Position numbers and translations under genes: made by a program. Below are positions 27,899 to 41,080 of a DNA stretch of 64,000 bases, piece by piece. Origin of the DNA: the human T2T-CHM13v2.0 reference genome, Homo sapiens; the NCBI RefSeq assembly GCF_009914755.1, contig NC_060938.1. The stretch is one strand, 5' to 3'. A model generated the notes under the pieces. That model saw only the letters and a list, made by a program, of their open reading frames with translations, made no database searches and was not told the origin of the DNA. Position 1 is the first letter of the stretch. Every line of letters starts with the position of its first letter.

Positions 27899-28050
27899 GC
27901 CAGGCATGGTGGTGTGTGTCTGTAGTTTCAGCTGCTTGGGAGGCTGAGGAGGGAGGATCGTTTGAGCCCAGGAGTTGGAGGCTCTAGTGTGCTCTGATTG
28001 CACTTGTGAATAGCCACTGCACTCCAACCTGGGCAACACATGGAGACTGT
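27899..28050 (+). mobile_element. FAM (fossil Alu monomer)
   Basis: Monomer containing the FAM-specific tgtgaatagccactgcactcc. Confidence 0.8.
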
Positions 28051-28067
28051 AAAATATCTCCCTAATA

Positions 28068-28100
28068 TGTGTGTGTGTGTGTGTGTATGTGTACACACAC
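28068..28100 (+). repeat. (TG)n followed by (AC)n
   Basis: Direct read. Confidence 0.85.
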
Positions 28101-28620
28101 GACATAAAAGTTACCATTGTAACCATCTTTAAGTGCCCAGTTATAAAGCATGAGGAGATTCACATTGTTCTGCTACCCACACCACCATTCATCTGCAGAA
28201 CTTTCTCATCATTCCAAAGGGAAACTTTGCGCCCATTAAGCACTCACTTACTATTCCTTCCTCTCCCCAGCCCTTGGCAACCACCATTCCACTCTCTGTC
28301 TCTATGAATTTGACAACCCTAGGCACTTCGTGTAAGTGGAGTCATAGACTATTTGCGCTTTTGGGGACTGGTTTATTTCACGCTGCATAATGTCTTGATA
28401 CATGCTGATAGCATGTATCAGAATTCCCTTCCTTTTTAGGATGAAATAAGATTCCACCCTATGGATGGACCACATTTTGTTTAACCATTCATCCATCGGT
28501 AGATACTCAGGTTGCTCCCACCCCTCGGCTATTGTGAATAATGCTGCTATGAACATGGGTGTATGAATATCTGTCCAAGTCCCTGCTTTCAACAATTTTG
28601 AGTACCCAGAAGTGGAATTT
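28100..28620 (-). mobile_element. L1MB 3' fragment
   Basis: The minus-strand ORF 28302-28595 (HTPMFIAALFTIA.GWEQPEY...DEWLNKMWSIH) is a decayed L1 ORF2 C-terminus. Confidence 0.85.
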
Positions 28621-28627
28621 TCTATTT

Positions 28628-28944
28628 CTTTCTTTCTTTTTATTCATTTATTTATTTTTTTTGAGACAGCATCTTGCTCCATTGTCCAGGATAGAGTGCA
28701 GTGGCACGATCTCGGCTCATTGCAACCTCCACCTCCTGGGTTCAAGTGACTCTCATGCCTCAGCCTCCTGAGTAGCTGGGACTACAAGTGCTCACCTCTA
28801 CGCCCAGCTAATTTTTGTATTTTTAGTAGAGATGGGGTTTCACCATGTTGGCCAGGCTGGTTTCGAACTCCTGACCTCAGGTGATCCACCCACCTCGGCT
28901 TCCCAAAGTGCTGGGATTACAGGCGTAAGCCACCATGCCTGGCC
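28628..28944 (-). mobile_element. AluS
   Basis: Antisense Alu, TSD tctatttc. Confidence 0.92.
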
Positions 28945-29747
28945 TCTATTTCATTTTAAACCTTGCCAATGATGACTCTTTAATTGACTTCACGGCTACC
29001 TGCAGTTCGGAAAGCACTGTGTTCTATGTGCTACATTCCCAGCCCCAAGCATAGGGCCTGGCACTGTGTAACTATTTTTGGTAGAGTGTTGGATTAAACA
29101 ATAGATGCACAAGGCTGCACATTTCTGGGTGATTTTTAAAAATTGCCTTTCTATGAATAAAGGCTACAGAGCTTTCACTTTCCTTTCTCTTTTTCACACG
29201 TTGTACAAATGCTGCTATTAATTCCACTGAACACTGTGGTTATATTGTCCTACAGAGTACACATCATTTATTACAATGACAACATTTTTGGTGCTCAGGA
29301 TATAAATTAACTCACAATGGCGTGGAATATCAGTCTGTTAAAATGTTTAGCAAAAACATCACACATTATTAATTTTCAGAGATTTTTCTTGAACTTTCCC
29401 CAAAGATCTTTTTTAATGCTGTGTAGATTATACCTAAGTGACTTAACATGCATATCATTGTAATTATTCTAAATTTAGCTTTTTTTTAGAGTAAGATTTT
29501 ACCACTGTGGGAAAAACATAGCTGTTTAATACTCTAGGTTAAGAGAGCAATGATCTTCTTTATCATCTCAAAAGAAAGTGGACTGAGTTCTTAATTGTCT
29601 TATTTGTAACTTTAGTGGAAATAATATCTTCTAAGAAAATCTCCAGCTCAATTTGGCAGCTGAAGTTTTAAATATATGTCTCCTTTCCCATGTCTAAATT
29701 GTGGCCACCAAATATCATAACATTAAACATAAGGAATGCTAACATTC

Positions 29748-29937
29748 TTTTTTTCTTTTTAAGATCGGGTCTCACTCTGTTGCCCAGGCTGGAGTTGAGC
29801 ATTGCCCCAGCTGCACTGTATGGAATGCAGTGGTGCAATCATAGCTCACTGCAGCCTCAACCTCCTGGGCCCAAGTCGTCCTCGCACCTCAGCCTCCCAA
29901 ATAACTAGGACTACAGGCACACACCACCACACCCGGC
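29748..29937 (-). mobile_element. AluJ right arm / FRAM with internal insertion
   Basis: Monomer-length antisense Alu. Confidence 0.8.
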
Positions 29938-30284
29938 TTTAAAGAAAACCATCTTCTAATTATTCATGATTATTACTTCCTTTTCAAGTTCAGAAATACC
30001 ACACCTCAGCTTTTTATGCCAATCATCCAACATATCCTGAAGTATAAAACTGCAAAGTGGAATAGAGAGAGCATGAACACTGGAATAGACAGATGGGAAA
30101 TGAGGAAGATGAAATGTGCATCTGGGTGTTAAGTCTCACCCTTTGAAAGCCGCTTCTCCATAGCACCTGCCTGCTGCCTTAGAGAGGCAGAGAACCCACC
30201 TGTGCCAGGCGGGCGCAAGAGGACACTTTACCTGGCCCTCTGCCAACTTTGGCCCCTCCCCCCATTTCCTTTCCCTGCCAAAGT

Positions 30285-30612
<328 letters not shown>

Positions 30613-32767
30613 TAACGTGCATGTACCTGCCCTCTCCCTTTGATATCCAGCAACCTATTGCATCACCAGGGTGCTCCAGGTCACCTGGGAGCCCTCTGCC
30701 ACCAGACAGAAGAGCCTCACCCCAGCCTCATCCTCCTTGACTCTTCCTGCAGAGAACTCTACGCAAATGCCCACTGGAAGCTTTCTGTGCTCTTAGCTTA
30801 GAGAGACAATGTCCTCTGCTGATTCTCCTGCCTCTCTGACCATTCCTTCGGAATGTCCTTCTCTCTCCTTTGTCAAGGCTGTACCCCAGCCCCTGTCCGA
30901 TTTTCTATTCTCTTCTTTAGAGACTTCATCTACAACCCCTTTGCTGACAACTCCCAAATCTCAATTCTTTCTCTCCAGTTGCTACAGGGCACTTCTAATT
31001 GGAGGTTGTGCTGTCCCCGCTTGACCTTCCTGTCTTTCCAGCTGTATGGTCCTATAGCAACTTCCCTCTGGCCGGCCCTTGGTGCCTCATTTCTGGAGCA
31101 CTGCAGACATCCTGGGCTGTTCCAGCAACAGGCCGCGGCCCCTGCAGCCCAGTCGGCAGGCAGACCCAGCTCCCTAACACAGCTCTCAACAGTGGCCTGC
31201 CTGCGTGAACCCTCCAAGCGTTCCTCCATCTCCCCCCAAGTCTGGTTCAGGCTCCTCTGCAGCTCTTGGGGCCTCTCTTACCTGGCCCCTTGCCCTCAGT
31301 CCAGTCTTATTTCCCACTTGTCTGCACAATGTCTGCAGGCACCGTTCCTTCTTTCCTCACTAGCAGTGTCCTGCCCACTGTCCTCCATCCACCAAGTCAC
31401 AGTCAAACCCGCAGCACCTGTGGCCCTTCAGCCTTCACTCACAATGTATCTTCCCAATTAACAATCCTGCTAGGACAGGAATAAGCTCTTAAACTTCTCC
31501 CTCTGCCCACAGCATATAGCACCAGTCCTTACTAACCCATGCACTAACCGTGCCGCACGCAGAGTGACAGAGCCCTGTCCCTCACCTGCCATCTACTGAT
31601 GTCCAAGCTGGGCTTCTGGAAGGACAGGCCTCTGAGCCCAAGCGAGACCTACGAGTTTTCCTAATTTTAACTTACTCAGTTCTTATTTCACCTACTCTAT
31701 TCAACCTGCACAAGTTAGTACCTACCATTTCAGATTTTGGCATGGAACTGAATTATGACTGATGCAACAGGAAGTGTAAACGTTCTGCAGTCTCTTTGGG
31801 ACCAAGCTCATTCTTGGGTTAGATGATCCATTTTATATATTCTAATTTATTGCTTCCCACTCGTTATTTGGCGCATCTTTACTTACTTTACTCCATGGGT
31901 ATAAAATGCGAACCATTAACAGCATTTATACGTGTATGGCCTGGAAAAGTTACAAACTCATAGATCTATGTGTTTCTCCGACTGCGCTATTTTCTCCTAA
32001 CTCTTGGTGTCTTTCTGATGTAGAATAAATACTGATTTCCTTAGTCCTGTAGCAAGTTAACAAGCCTGTAACGTGACAGATCTGTATCCCAGGGGCTGAT
32101 CATAGAGAAACCACAAAGCGATGTTTTAGCTGCGTCGAGTCCTCAACACGGGGGACTTCCAGCCTGGTACCAGGATAGCCTCTCTGGCCCAGTGTGAGCG
32201 AAGGTTCGAGCTGACTTGCCAGTCCCGTGCTAAGTCTCACTGAGGCAGGGCCTTGCTGCCGCGGAAAAACGTGTGGACAGAGGAACGCGCCGGTCGGATG
32301 TGGGCCACAGTGAGCCGCGGCGTGGAAACGGCCGAAATGTGCGGGCGCGTTGTCCATGTTTGGTCGTGGAGCTGCCCGCGGGCGCGGGAACAGCGCGTCG
32401 GGGGCGGGTGGGCTTGGGTGTCCGTGGCGGAGGTTACCCCGGGCCCCACGCGCCCGCTCTCTCCCGGCCTTGGTCTTTGTCCCCGCGCCCCCGCAAGGGC
32501 CGCCCGCCGCGCCCCGCAGCCCCTGAGCCCCCGTGCGCGGAGGCGGGGCCTGGCCAAGGGGACAGCGGGCGGCAGACGCGCCCCTGCGGCTCCCAGGCCG
32601 CCCGGGCCGCGCTCCCCGCGGGGAAAGAGGCCGCAGGCGCGGGGAGGCTCGGCCCCGCCCCGCCACGTCCCCCTCCCGGCCCGGGCCCCGCGGCCGCCGA
32701 GGCCGCCCCCTCGCGGGCGGAGCGGGCGCTGGGCTCGCGCGGCTGCGGCGGCGGCGGCGGGCCCGGG

Positions 32768-32781
32768 GTTGCCATGGTAAC
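32768..32781. promoter_or_regulatory. RFX X-box GTTGCCATGGTAAC
   Basis: Fits the RFX consensus GTNRCC-AT-GGYAAC. Near-palindromic, ~70-80 bp upstream of the Inr-like site. Confidence 0.8.
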
Positions 32782-32912
32782 CGGCAGCAGCAGCCGCCAC
32801 AGCAGGGCCGGCCCCAGCGCCAGCGCCGGTCGCGGTCGGGCTCAGCTCAGTGTGTGGTGAGCGGCGGCGGCGCGGCCGGGCCGGGGAGCGGGCGCGGCCC
32901 GGCGGCCTCAGC

Positions 32913-32979
32913 ATGGAGGACGGCTTCTCCAGCTACAGCAGCCTGTACGACACGTCCTCGCTGCTCCAGTTCTGCAACG
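32913..32979 (+). CDS. EML1: EML1 first coding exon (22 codons + 1 nt, phase-1 donor)
   Basis: Strong Kozak agcATGG inside a CpG island. Translates MEDGFSSYSSLYDTSSLLQFCN, matching the EML1 N-terminus as I recall it (continues DDSASAASS...). Ends at the donor ACG|GTGAGG, leaving the G of the next Asp codon. Confidence 0.93.
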
Positions 32980-35381
32980 GTGAGGGGCGGCCGCGCGGGG
33001 CCGGGGCGGCGAGCGGCTGGTGGCGGGCGGCGGCGACGGCGACGGCGGGGACCAAGCCGAGGGGCCGAGGCCCGGCGGCCGCGGGCGAGGCCGCGCAAAG
33101 TTGTTGCGGAGGGGCGCGCGGTCCCCGTTCCCGCCGCCGGCGCATTGTGTTGGAGCCGCGGGGCCGCGCCTCGCTCCGGGCCGCCCCGGGCTCCCCGCCG
33201 CCACCCCGGCTCCCGGCACTGGCGCGCGGACCCCGCCGGCTCCAGCACCCGCGGAGCGCGCCCGGGCGGAGGCGCGTGGGGCACAGGGCGGCGGGGAGGC
33301 CCGGGCAGCCTCCGCGTTCCGGGGAACGTGTTGCTTTTTTGCTTCCCGACCCACATCTGTTTGGAAATGACTGGATGAAGAACTCGGGAAACAAATCCTT
33401 TAATAACAAAACCCTCCTGCGAGGATGCACGCAGTGTTTGGACCCCCAGAACCCATTCAGGTCTACTTTAATGAAATCATCACAATTTAATACAATCTAG
33501 AGCTTTTTAAATGGAAAGCCAAAGTGGACCTGGCCTCAGTGTTGCTTCTTATTTTGTTTATGGGATAATGGATTCTTTTTTCTTTTTTTGTTTTTGCAAT
33601 TTTACAGGAAGGAAACATTCATATCCACCAATATGGCATCTTTTTAAAAATATGAAATCCTACATGCTTGAAAGATTTCAGTCTCATTGGCAGGGTTGAA
33701 AAAGATTTTCATAGCACACTGAATATTTTATCAGAACATGATGTGTGATAATTCACGCACAAAAGTTAACCACACTTTTTTTTTTTTTTACATGTTGGAT
33801 TTATTGCTCCATCAAAGGGCCCCAAAAGTTTGTTAATGGGAAAAAAAAATGTGTATTTGATAGAATTTGCTTAAGTGCAGTCGGAATAATTTTGAATTCT
33901 AGACCCTTTGACAACTGGAGCAATTTATTTTGCTATTGTATTGTGATTTAGGGAAAGTTTTCTTGTTATTCGACACCTGTTTGTCACTGTAGCAGTAAAG
34001 AGTAATGAGTGTGTTGATTCATCCTCTGTAGTGGTATTTTTTATCTCTGGTGAAATTTATCATCTTGTTCATGGTAGAATGTATACTCTGATAGCTTTTG
34101 CAGCTTATACTTTACATCTGAACCATTTGTGGGCCTTCATGAATTTAGTAATTCCCTCTTCAGTGGAATTAAAGAAAGTTTCTGCTTTTTCTCTGAATTT
34201 AACGCCAGTTTCCAAGAGCAGAACACCTGTGTTTTTGAGCCTCAGAAGGTGTTGAGGGCAGGTAGAATGTATTTGGTATGCTGGTGGTCCCTGGAATACT
34301 TTATAGTATAGAGTCATGGGAACGGTTTTGCTCTCCAGTAGGTTAAATAGATTCCTCAATTAACATTTTGAATAGGTTCCTTAATTGACTTATAATCAAT
34401 CATATTTGAATTATTGTTTTTGATCTAAAAAGTAGTTATATGCTTATGGTAGAATTCTCCCTATGCTTAGTTGGAAAGATATGTGGCTGAAATTTGTATT
34501 AAATGACTTTGAGGCATCAGGTCTTACAAATTTAATCTGTGGGCGTATTATTGACAGCTTGATTTGCGATATGAAAATGAGCCTAGATATTTTTATTGGA
34601 GCAGTTGTTTGGGGCCTGGTCATACTGTTCCTAAATAGCAGTTTAGTCATGAAGTTGACCTACACGTCTGTTCATGAATGTTTTCGTTTTCTGCATTTTC
34701 CTTTTAATTGCCAGCCTAGAGATATTGGCATGGTATTTTACTGGTGGTGATGTCCAGAAGAAAGTAAAAACCAACTCTTATATTTTGTAGAAGTATTGGT
34801 TTAAAGAAAAACCACCTTAACTAGAATCAAACAATAAGATCACTTTATAACTATTGAATTACTTTTCTCAAAAAGTTCTCAGCTCTGTATTTGTTATTTT
34901 TTTTTTAGGTTGTCTAATGAATAAAGTTTAAAGCAAGAGTGGCCTATGGGGCAGAAGTCAATGTTAACTGGTGATGTCTTAGGCAACAGATGTTTTGATG
35001 TGAAACATTTTAAGAGGCTTTCATTAAGTGAAGATATAAATGAATACAAGTCAGTTAATTACTATGATGATTCAATTAAAGCAGTGGATCACAGAAATGC
35101 CATTTCACTAGGAACTAAATTAAACATTTGGATATTTCATTAGCTACATTGGCAAACAATTTTTTCTTTTTAAATGAGAGACTTACATTACAATGGCAAG
35201 ACAGCAGCATAATACATGAACTCATACATTTTCATATGTTCAGTATGCGTCATGCTGTTAATAGTGACAGAAACTAAAAAATCATGGTTACAGCTTTAGA
35301 AAATATAATTCACACATATTATTTGGATGACTGTCATAGTTAATTTCCTTCTGGTCAAATAAAGACAAGATCAAGATATGC

Positions 35382-35619
35382 GAAGTTGAGGCGGGAGGAT
35401 TACTTGCAGCCAAGAGTTTGAGAGCAGCCTGGGCAACATAGCAAGACCCCCCTCTACAAAAAATTTTTAAAAGTTGGCTGGGCATGGTGGCTTGAACCTG
35501 TAATCCTAGCTACTCAGGAGGCTGAGATGGGAGGATTGATTGAGCCCAGAAGTTTGAAGCTGCAGTGAGCTATGACTGTGCCACTGTACTACAGCCTGGG
35601 TGACAAAGTGAGACCCTGT

Positions 35620-35622
<3 letters not shown>
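35382..35622 (+). mobile_element. 5'-truncated AluJ
   Basis: Sense Alu whose tail is an (AG)n tract. Confidence 0.88.

Positions 35623-35666
<44 letters not shown>
35623..35666 (+). repeat. (AG)22 microsatellite
   Basis: Direct read. Confidence 0.93.
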
Positions 35667-35671
<5 letters not shown>

Positions 35672-35926
35672 AATGTGTAAATGAGAAGGGAGAAAGAGAA
35701 AAGTTTGTTCTAATGAATGAAATTTCTGTCTTCTCTTATACTTCTTTCTTGGTGTCTCTCCTCATAATTTGTAGTGGACATTAAATGCAAAGTTAGGCAG
35801 TATCTAGCCTCCTGAAAAGGCTCATCCTCATCTTTCAGGAACTGTCTTTCTCATTTAAGCAGAAAATGTGTGCATTGTTTTCTTCAGAGTATTTGAAATC
35901 TGTAAAGTGAGCTAGAAATCACAAGC

Positions 35927-36089
35927 TTTTTTTTTTTTTTTTCTTTGAGCCACACCTTGCTCTGTGACCCAGGTTGGAGTGCAGTGGCATGATCACAGCT
36001 CACTGCAGACTCAAACTCCTGGGGCTCAAGCAGTCCTACCTCAGTCTCTCAAGTAGCTGGGACTACAGGTGCGTGCTATCATGCCCAGC
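35927..36089 (-). mobile_element. Alu right monomer (FRAM/AluJ)
   Basis: TSD-like tcacaagctt/tcacaaactt. Confidence 0.85.
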
Positions 36090-36335
36090 TCACAAACTTC
36101 TTTTAATGCTGGGAAAAAAAAAAAACCTGAAGTGTTTTAAAAAGTGAACAGTAGCTATCCTTTATAAGACAATTTATGATTTGGGAAATAACTCCATATT
36201 TTCTTCGAGGCCTCATTTTGAAGTAGGTGGTGTTACCATCCTTCCTTTGTGCCTGAGAAAACGGAGGCTCGAAGAGATTTGGCAACTTTATCAGGCCACA
36301 GAACTAGGAAGGGCTTGGATACCAGTCTAAATCTT

Positions 36336-36340
36336 TGTGT

Positions 36341-36372
<32 letters not shown>
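36336..36372 (+). repeat. (TG)n microsatellite
   Basis: Direct read. Confidence 0.9.
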
Positions 36373-36379
<7 letters not shown>

Positions 36380-36960
36380 TAATAGCTTTATTGAAATATT
36401 TACATACCATAAAAATGTGTTTTTAAAGTGTACCATTAAGTGCGTGTAGTATATTCACAGAATTGTCCAGTTGTTACCACTCTCTGATTTTAGAACCTTT
36501 GCATCACTCCAGAAGAAACCCTAGTACCTACTAGCAGTCACTCCATGTTCCCCCATCGCCCTCACCCCTGGCAACCATTAATCTACTTTCTGTCTTTATA
36601 GATTCTGGGCATTTTATTTAAATGGAATTATAGAATGTTTGGTATTTTGTTCCTGGCTTCTTTCACTTAGCATATGTTTTAAGGTTCATCCATGTTGTAG
36701 CCTGTGTCATCATGCCATTCCTTTTTATGGCCAAATTATATTCCCTTGTGGAGAGATACCACACTGTTTAAATCTGTTACTTGTTGATGGGTTATTTGGG
36801 TTATTTCCACTTTTTGACTCTTATCAATAATGCTACTATGGGCACTCACATGCACATTTTTGTGTGGACCTATGTTTTCATTTCTCTTGGGCAGATATCT
36901 AGGAGCAGAATTGCTAGGTCATATGGTAACTCTGGGCTTAACATTTTTAGGAACCAGTCT
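36380..36960 (-). mobile_element. L1MB 3' fragment
   Basis: agctttattgaaata...cccctggcaaccattaatctactttctgtc...gaattgctaggtcatatggtaactct. Confidence 0.85.
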
Positions 36961-37669
36961 TAACTTTTTGAAACCTAAATATTAAGCTTGTTTTATTATA
37001 CATTTTTGATAAAAGAATAAGTAATTAAGGAAATGGATGAAAGAGGGAAAGAAGTGGGAGCAAGTAACAAAATGTTGCTCATGCATTTCCATGAGTCCTT
37101 TGGATCCTTTGATCAATCACAGCTCACCAAAACGAGTCAGTGCACAACTGCACGTGGTTGCCACAGGTTATAAGAATCTCAGTGCCTGAACGGACCTGGC
37201 AAGTAATCTCATCTCATGGTTTACTTTCTTAAGCCTTTGAGCTGTTTCTTCAAAGTAAAGGTTACCCAGGAACCCAATGGTAAAGCAGATAGATACAGAG
37301 CTGGCATAGCTGACAGGGAGTGGGGAGAGGATGGTGCTTTGGCCCTCCTCTCCTTCCCCCACCCCTCCAGCTTGAAATCTCTGCCCTGTGGGGGAAGCTG
37401 GAAAGGCTGTTCAAAGCTAGAAAGGCTGTTCAACCTGTGCATGAGCATTTTCAAGAGACTGGAAAGTAACTACCTCTCCAGGCAATCCATTTTTTCTCCA
37501 GACAGTTCAGACTGTCAGTTCCTACAAGCAGTGAAAAATCAGCCGAAGTTGTGTTCCTTGGGTCCGTAGAGAATAGGTTTAATATCTTATCCATATATTA
37601 GGTCATCACATGTTTGAAGACAATGATTATAGTTCTTTCTCACATCTTCTAGCTCTTAAGACGTAATTT

Positions 37670-38210
<541 letters not shown>

Positions 38211-39796
38211 AAAATTCTTGTGTACTTTACATGTACTATGGCTAAATCTTTTCTTAAATTTAATTACCTTTTTTTTTTGAGGGTAAGTTTCCTCGAACAG
38301 GCAGAGCCCTATCAGATTACAACACCATTATAATCTGTGTTGTAATGCTATAAATAATCCCAGCACTTACTAAGATATTTCAGCATTATAGTAACATTGA
38401 AATTGACCATTGCCTTACAGGGTTGTGATTGTGGTTAATAGCCTTTTTTCTTCTTGCCTTGGAAGGTGTCATGAGAGAATTATCAGATGCCCTCTAAGGC
38501 CTGACTGGAGCGTATCTGCCATGTCCCAGATCTGGCCTGGCTTCTTCTCCTGCAGGTGCTACTTGTTAGTAACTACAGCGGGTCGAGTCCATGGGACCTG
38601 CCCAGTCAAATTTTGAAATCACTATAATAATCCTTTGAGCGACTGAAGTTTATTTTTTCTAGTTTTGCAATGGAATGTTGTTTTAATTTCTAAACATTTA
38701 TATTTTGGAAATTAACAATAATTTATTTAATAATCTTAAACATCTTTTGACATCTCTAATACTGATGACATTCTCTTAACTATGATTACAGCAGGATTTT
38801 CAAGTTGACACCTCGATGGTTATAAACAAGTAGTTGGATTTAAAAGGAACACCTGTAAGGAAATTATCCAAACTCAACGCTCCGAAGTATTTTCAGGCCT
38901 CTTTTGCATTCTCATGCAGTGACAGAAGACTGACTGAGGCATTCTGTGATAGCAAAATCGGAGGAAAACGCTTTCATGGAAAAGTGCAAAGCAAAAGCAC
39001 CCACGCTAAGCGAGAATTTCTAATTAGTATACTTGGTGCTCCAGCCAGGAAGGAACTTATAGCCAAACCACAACCATTTATCACATTATAAACAAACCCA
39101 CGCATTTTGGTGGAAAAAAATCACAAAACTGTGCTTAAAAAGTAACCATTAATTGGTTATTGTCCATTTCTGGGATAGTGTAAACCTTTTCACATATTCT
39201 CTTAAAAAACATTTTAGTTGAGTGGAGGTTGGATAAGAGAGGAGAAATAACATCTTTGTTTCTAGTGTTACAGCTTGTTCATGCTATAAAACTAGTAGCG
39301 TGAAAACCTTCATCATGGATAACATTGAAAACGGAACATGAAAGCATTGCTCTCTCTAGTAAGACAGTCTCTCCAAGGACTTAAAATCAGTGGCATTTTG
39401 TACTCCTTACAAAAATTTCTTTCAGGAACAACTATTCATCCTTAAAATTTTATCAAGCTCATTAATAGAGGGTTTCTAGTATTAGCAAAATTTTTAAACA
39501 CCTTCAGAAGCATTACTAATTACAAACAAAAAGTGTGCTGTAAACTCTAAAAGCTGTATAATTATTATTGATACCACCCGTCACCCCCAGCTTCATGTTT
39601 TTCTCACTAGACGTTTGGCACATAGATTTCATTTCTGCTGAAGGCTGCACATTCATTTTAATCTGGCCCAGGACTGGGGGTGTGCGAAGGTGTCAGCAGG
39701 AGCAAGTGCATACTCTCTTTGGTTTACTTTTTAAGAAATACCTCTTCAGAAGAGTTTTTCTTTCTTTAAAGGACTTGTTTTTTTTTTAAGTTTAAT

Positions 39797-40093
39797 TAAT
39801 TATTTATTTTTTATTTAGAGTCAGGGTCTCACTCTGTTGCCCAGGTTGGAGTGCAGTGGTGTGATCATGGCTCACTGACCTCGAACCCTTGGACTCTAGC
39901 AATCCTCACACCTCAGCCTCCCGAGTAGCTGGGACTATAGGCATGCGCCACCACACCTGGCTAAATTTTAAAAAAATTTTTTAGAGATGCAGTCTTTCTT
40001 TGTTGCTCAGGCTGGTCTTGAACTCTCCTCAAGAGATCCTCCTGCCTTGGCTTCTCAAAATGCTGAGATTAAGCATGAGCCCCTGCACCCAGC
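39797..40093 (-). mobile_element. AluJ
   Basis: Antisense diverged Alu. Confidence 0.88.
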
Positions 40094-40769
40094 TAATTTT
40101 TAAGATTCAGTTTAGTTAGATACATTTCCATTTTTGTTTACTCTAAGGTTCTACCTTTACTGGCAAATACTGTTGGCGGGGAAAACCATTTTTTGCAGAG
40201 TACTCTCAGTTGTGTGTTAAAATGCAGTCATTTATTTATTCTGCCAGCTTTCTGGAAAATATTTAAACTCTCTATCTTTAATAAACCATCCCCACAGTGT
40301 AGGGGCAGGTTCGACCTATAGACTTGGGTGATGCCTGAGGGCACTTACTCCAAGCCCAGGGCCTGCCCGAGGTAGGGAGTCTTACAGGAGACCTTCCCAC
40401 CTGCCGAGGCCCTGCTGTCAGAGGGAGGGGAAGCAGAGGTGACTGGCCCCCTGAGGCCAGCGGCCAGATCCATGCATTTATCATGGTGTGGTCCAGGACT
40501 GGTGGTACCCTTCACTCTGCAAAGCCCCTGTAAGGGAGACCCACCGTCCTGGACTGCAGATTCTTCCCACAAATAACCTTTGAAGGACAATGGGCAGCCC
40601 ACAGTTAAAGATAACAAGGATAGAAATGGTTAGGCGAATATTCATGGAGAGACTTGAGTCCGTTTGGCAAATCGGGCTGATTTCCAGTGAATACCTACAG
40701 TGGGCGTAGGACAATTAAACATGTCAAAAATGTAGTCTCCCCTGTAAACATTAGATTCTCCTAGTAATT

Positions 40770-41080
<311 letters not shown>

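Larger units (their letters stand above)
32250..33350. promoter_or_regulatory. EML1: CpG island / EML1 main promoter
   Basis: Very high GC and CpG density. GC boxes (GAGGCGGGGC ~32540, GGCCCCGCCCCGCC 32651-32664), E2F-like GCGCGGGAA 32382-32390, Inr-like CTCAGT 32846-32851, no TATA box. Confidence 0.95.

Noticed and set aside
27899-28050. 7SL-like sequence as a possible SRP RNA gene
   Set aside because: Lacks the S domain and is diverged; it fits a FAM monomer.
30853-31461. 202-aa + strand ORF upstream of the promoter
   Set aside because: Ser/Leu/Pro-biased, no recognisable domain, begins in L2-like pyrimidine-rich DNA, no supporting gene structure.
32100-33500. Cluster of long overlapping ORFs (113-281 aa) on both strands
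   Set aside because: Ala/Arg/Gly/Pro-rich products expected from stop-codon depletion in a CpG island. Only the MEDGF... segment is gene-like, and the 216-aa frame simply reads through the splice donor.
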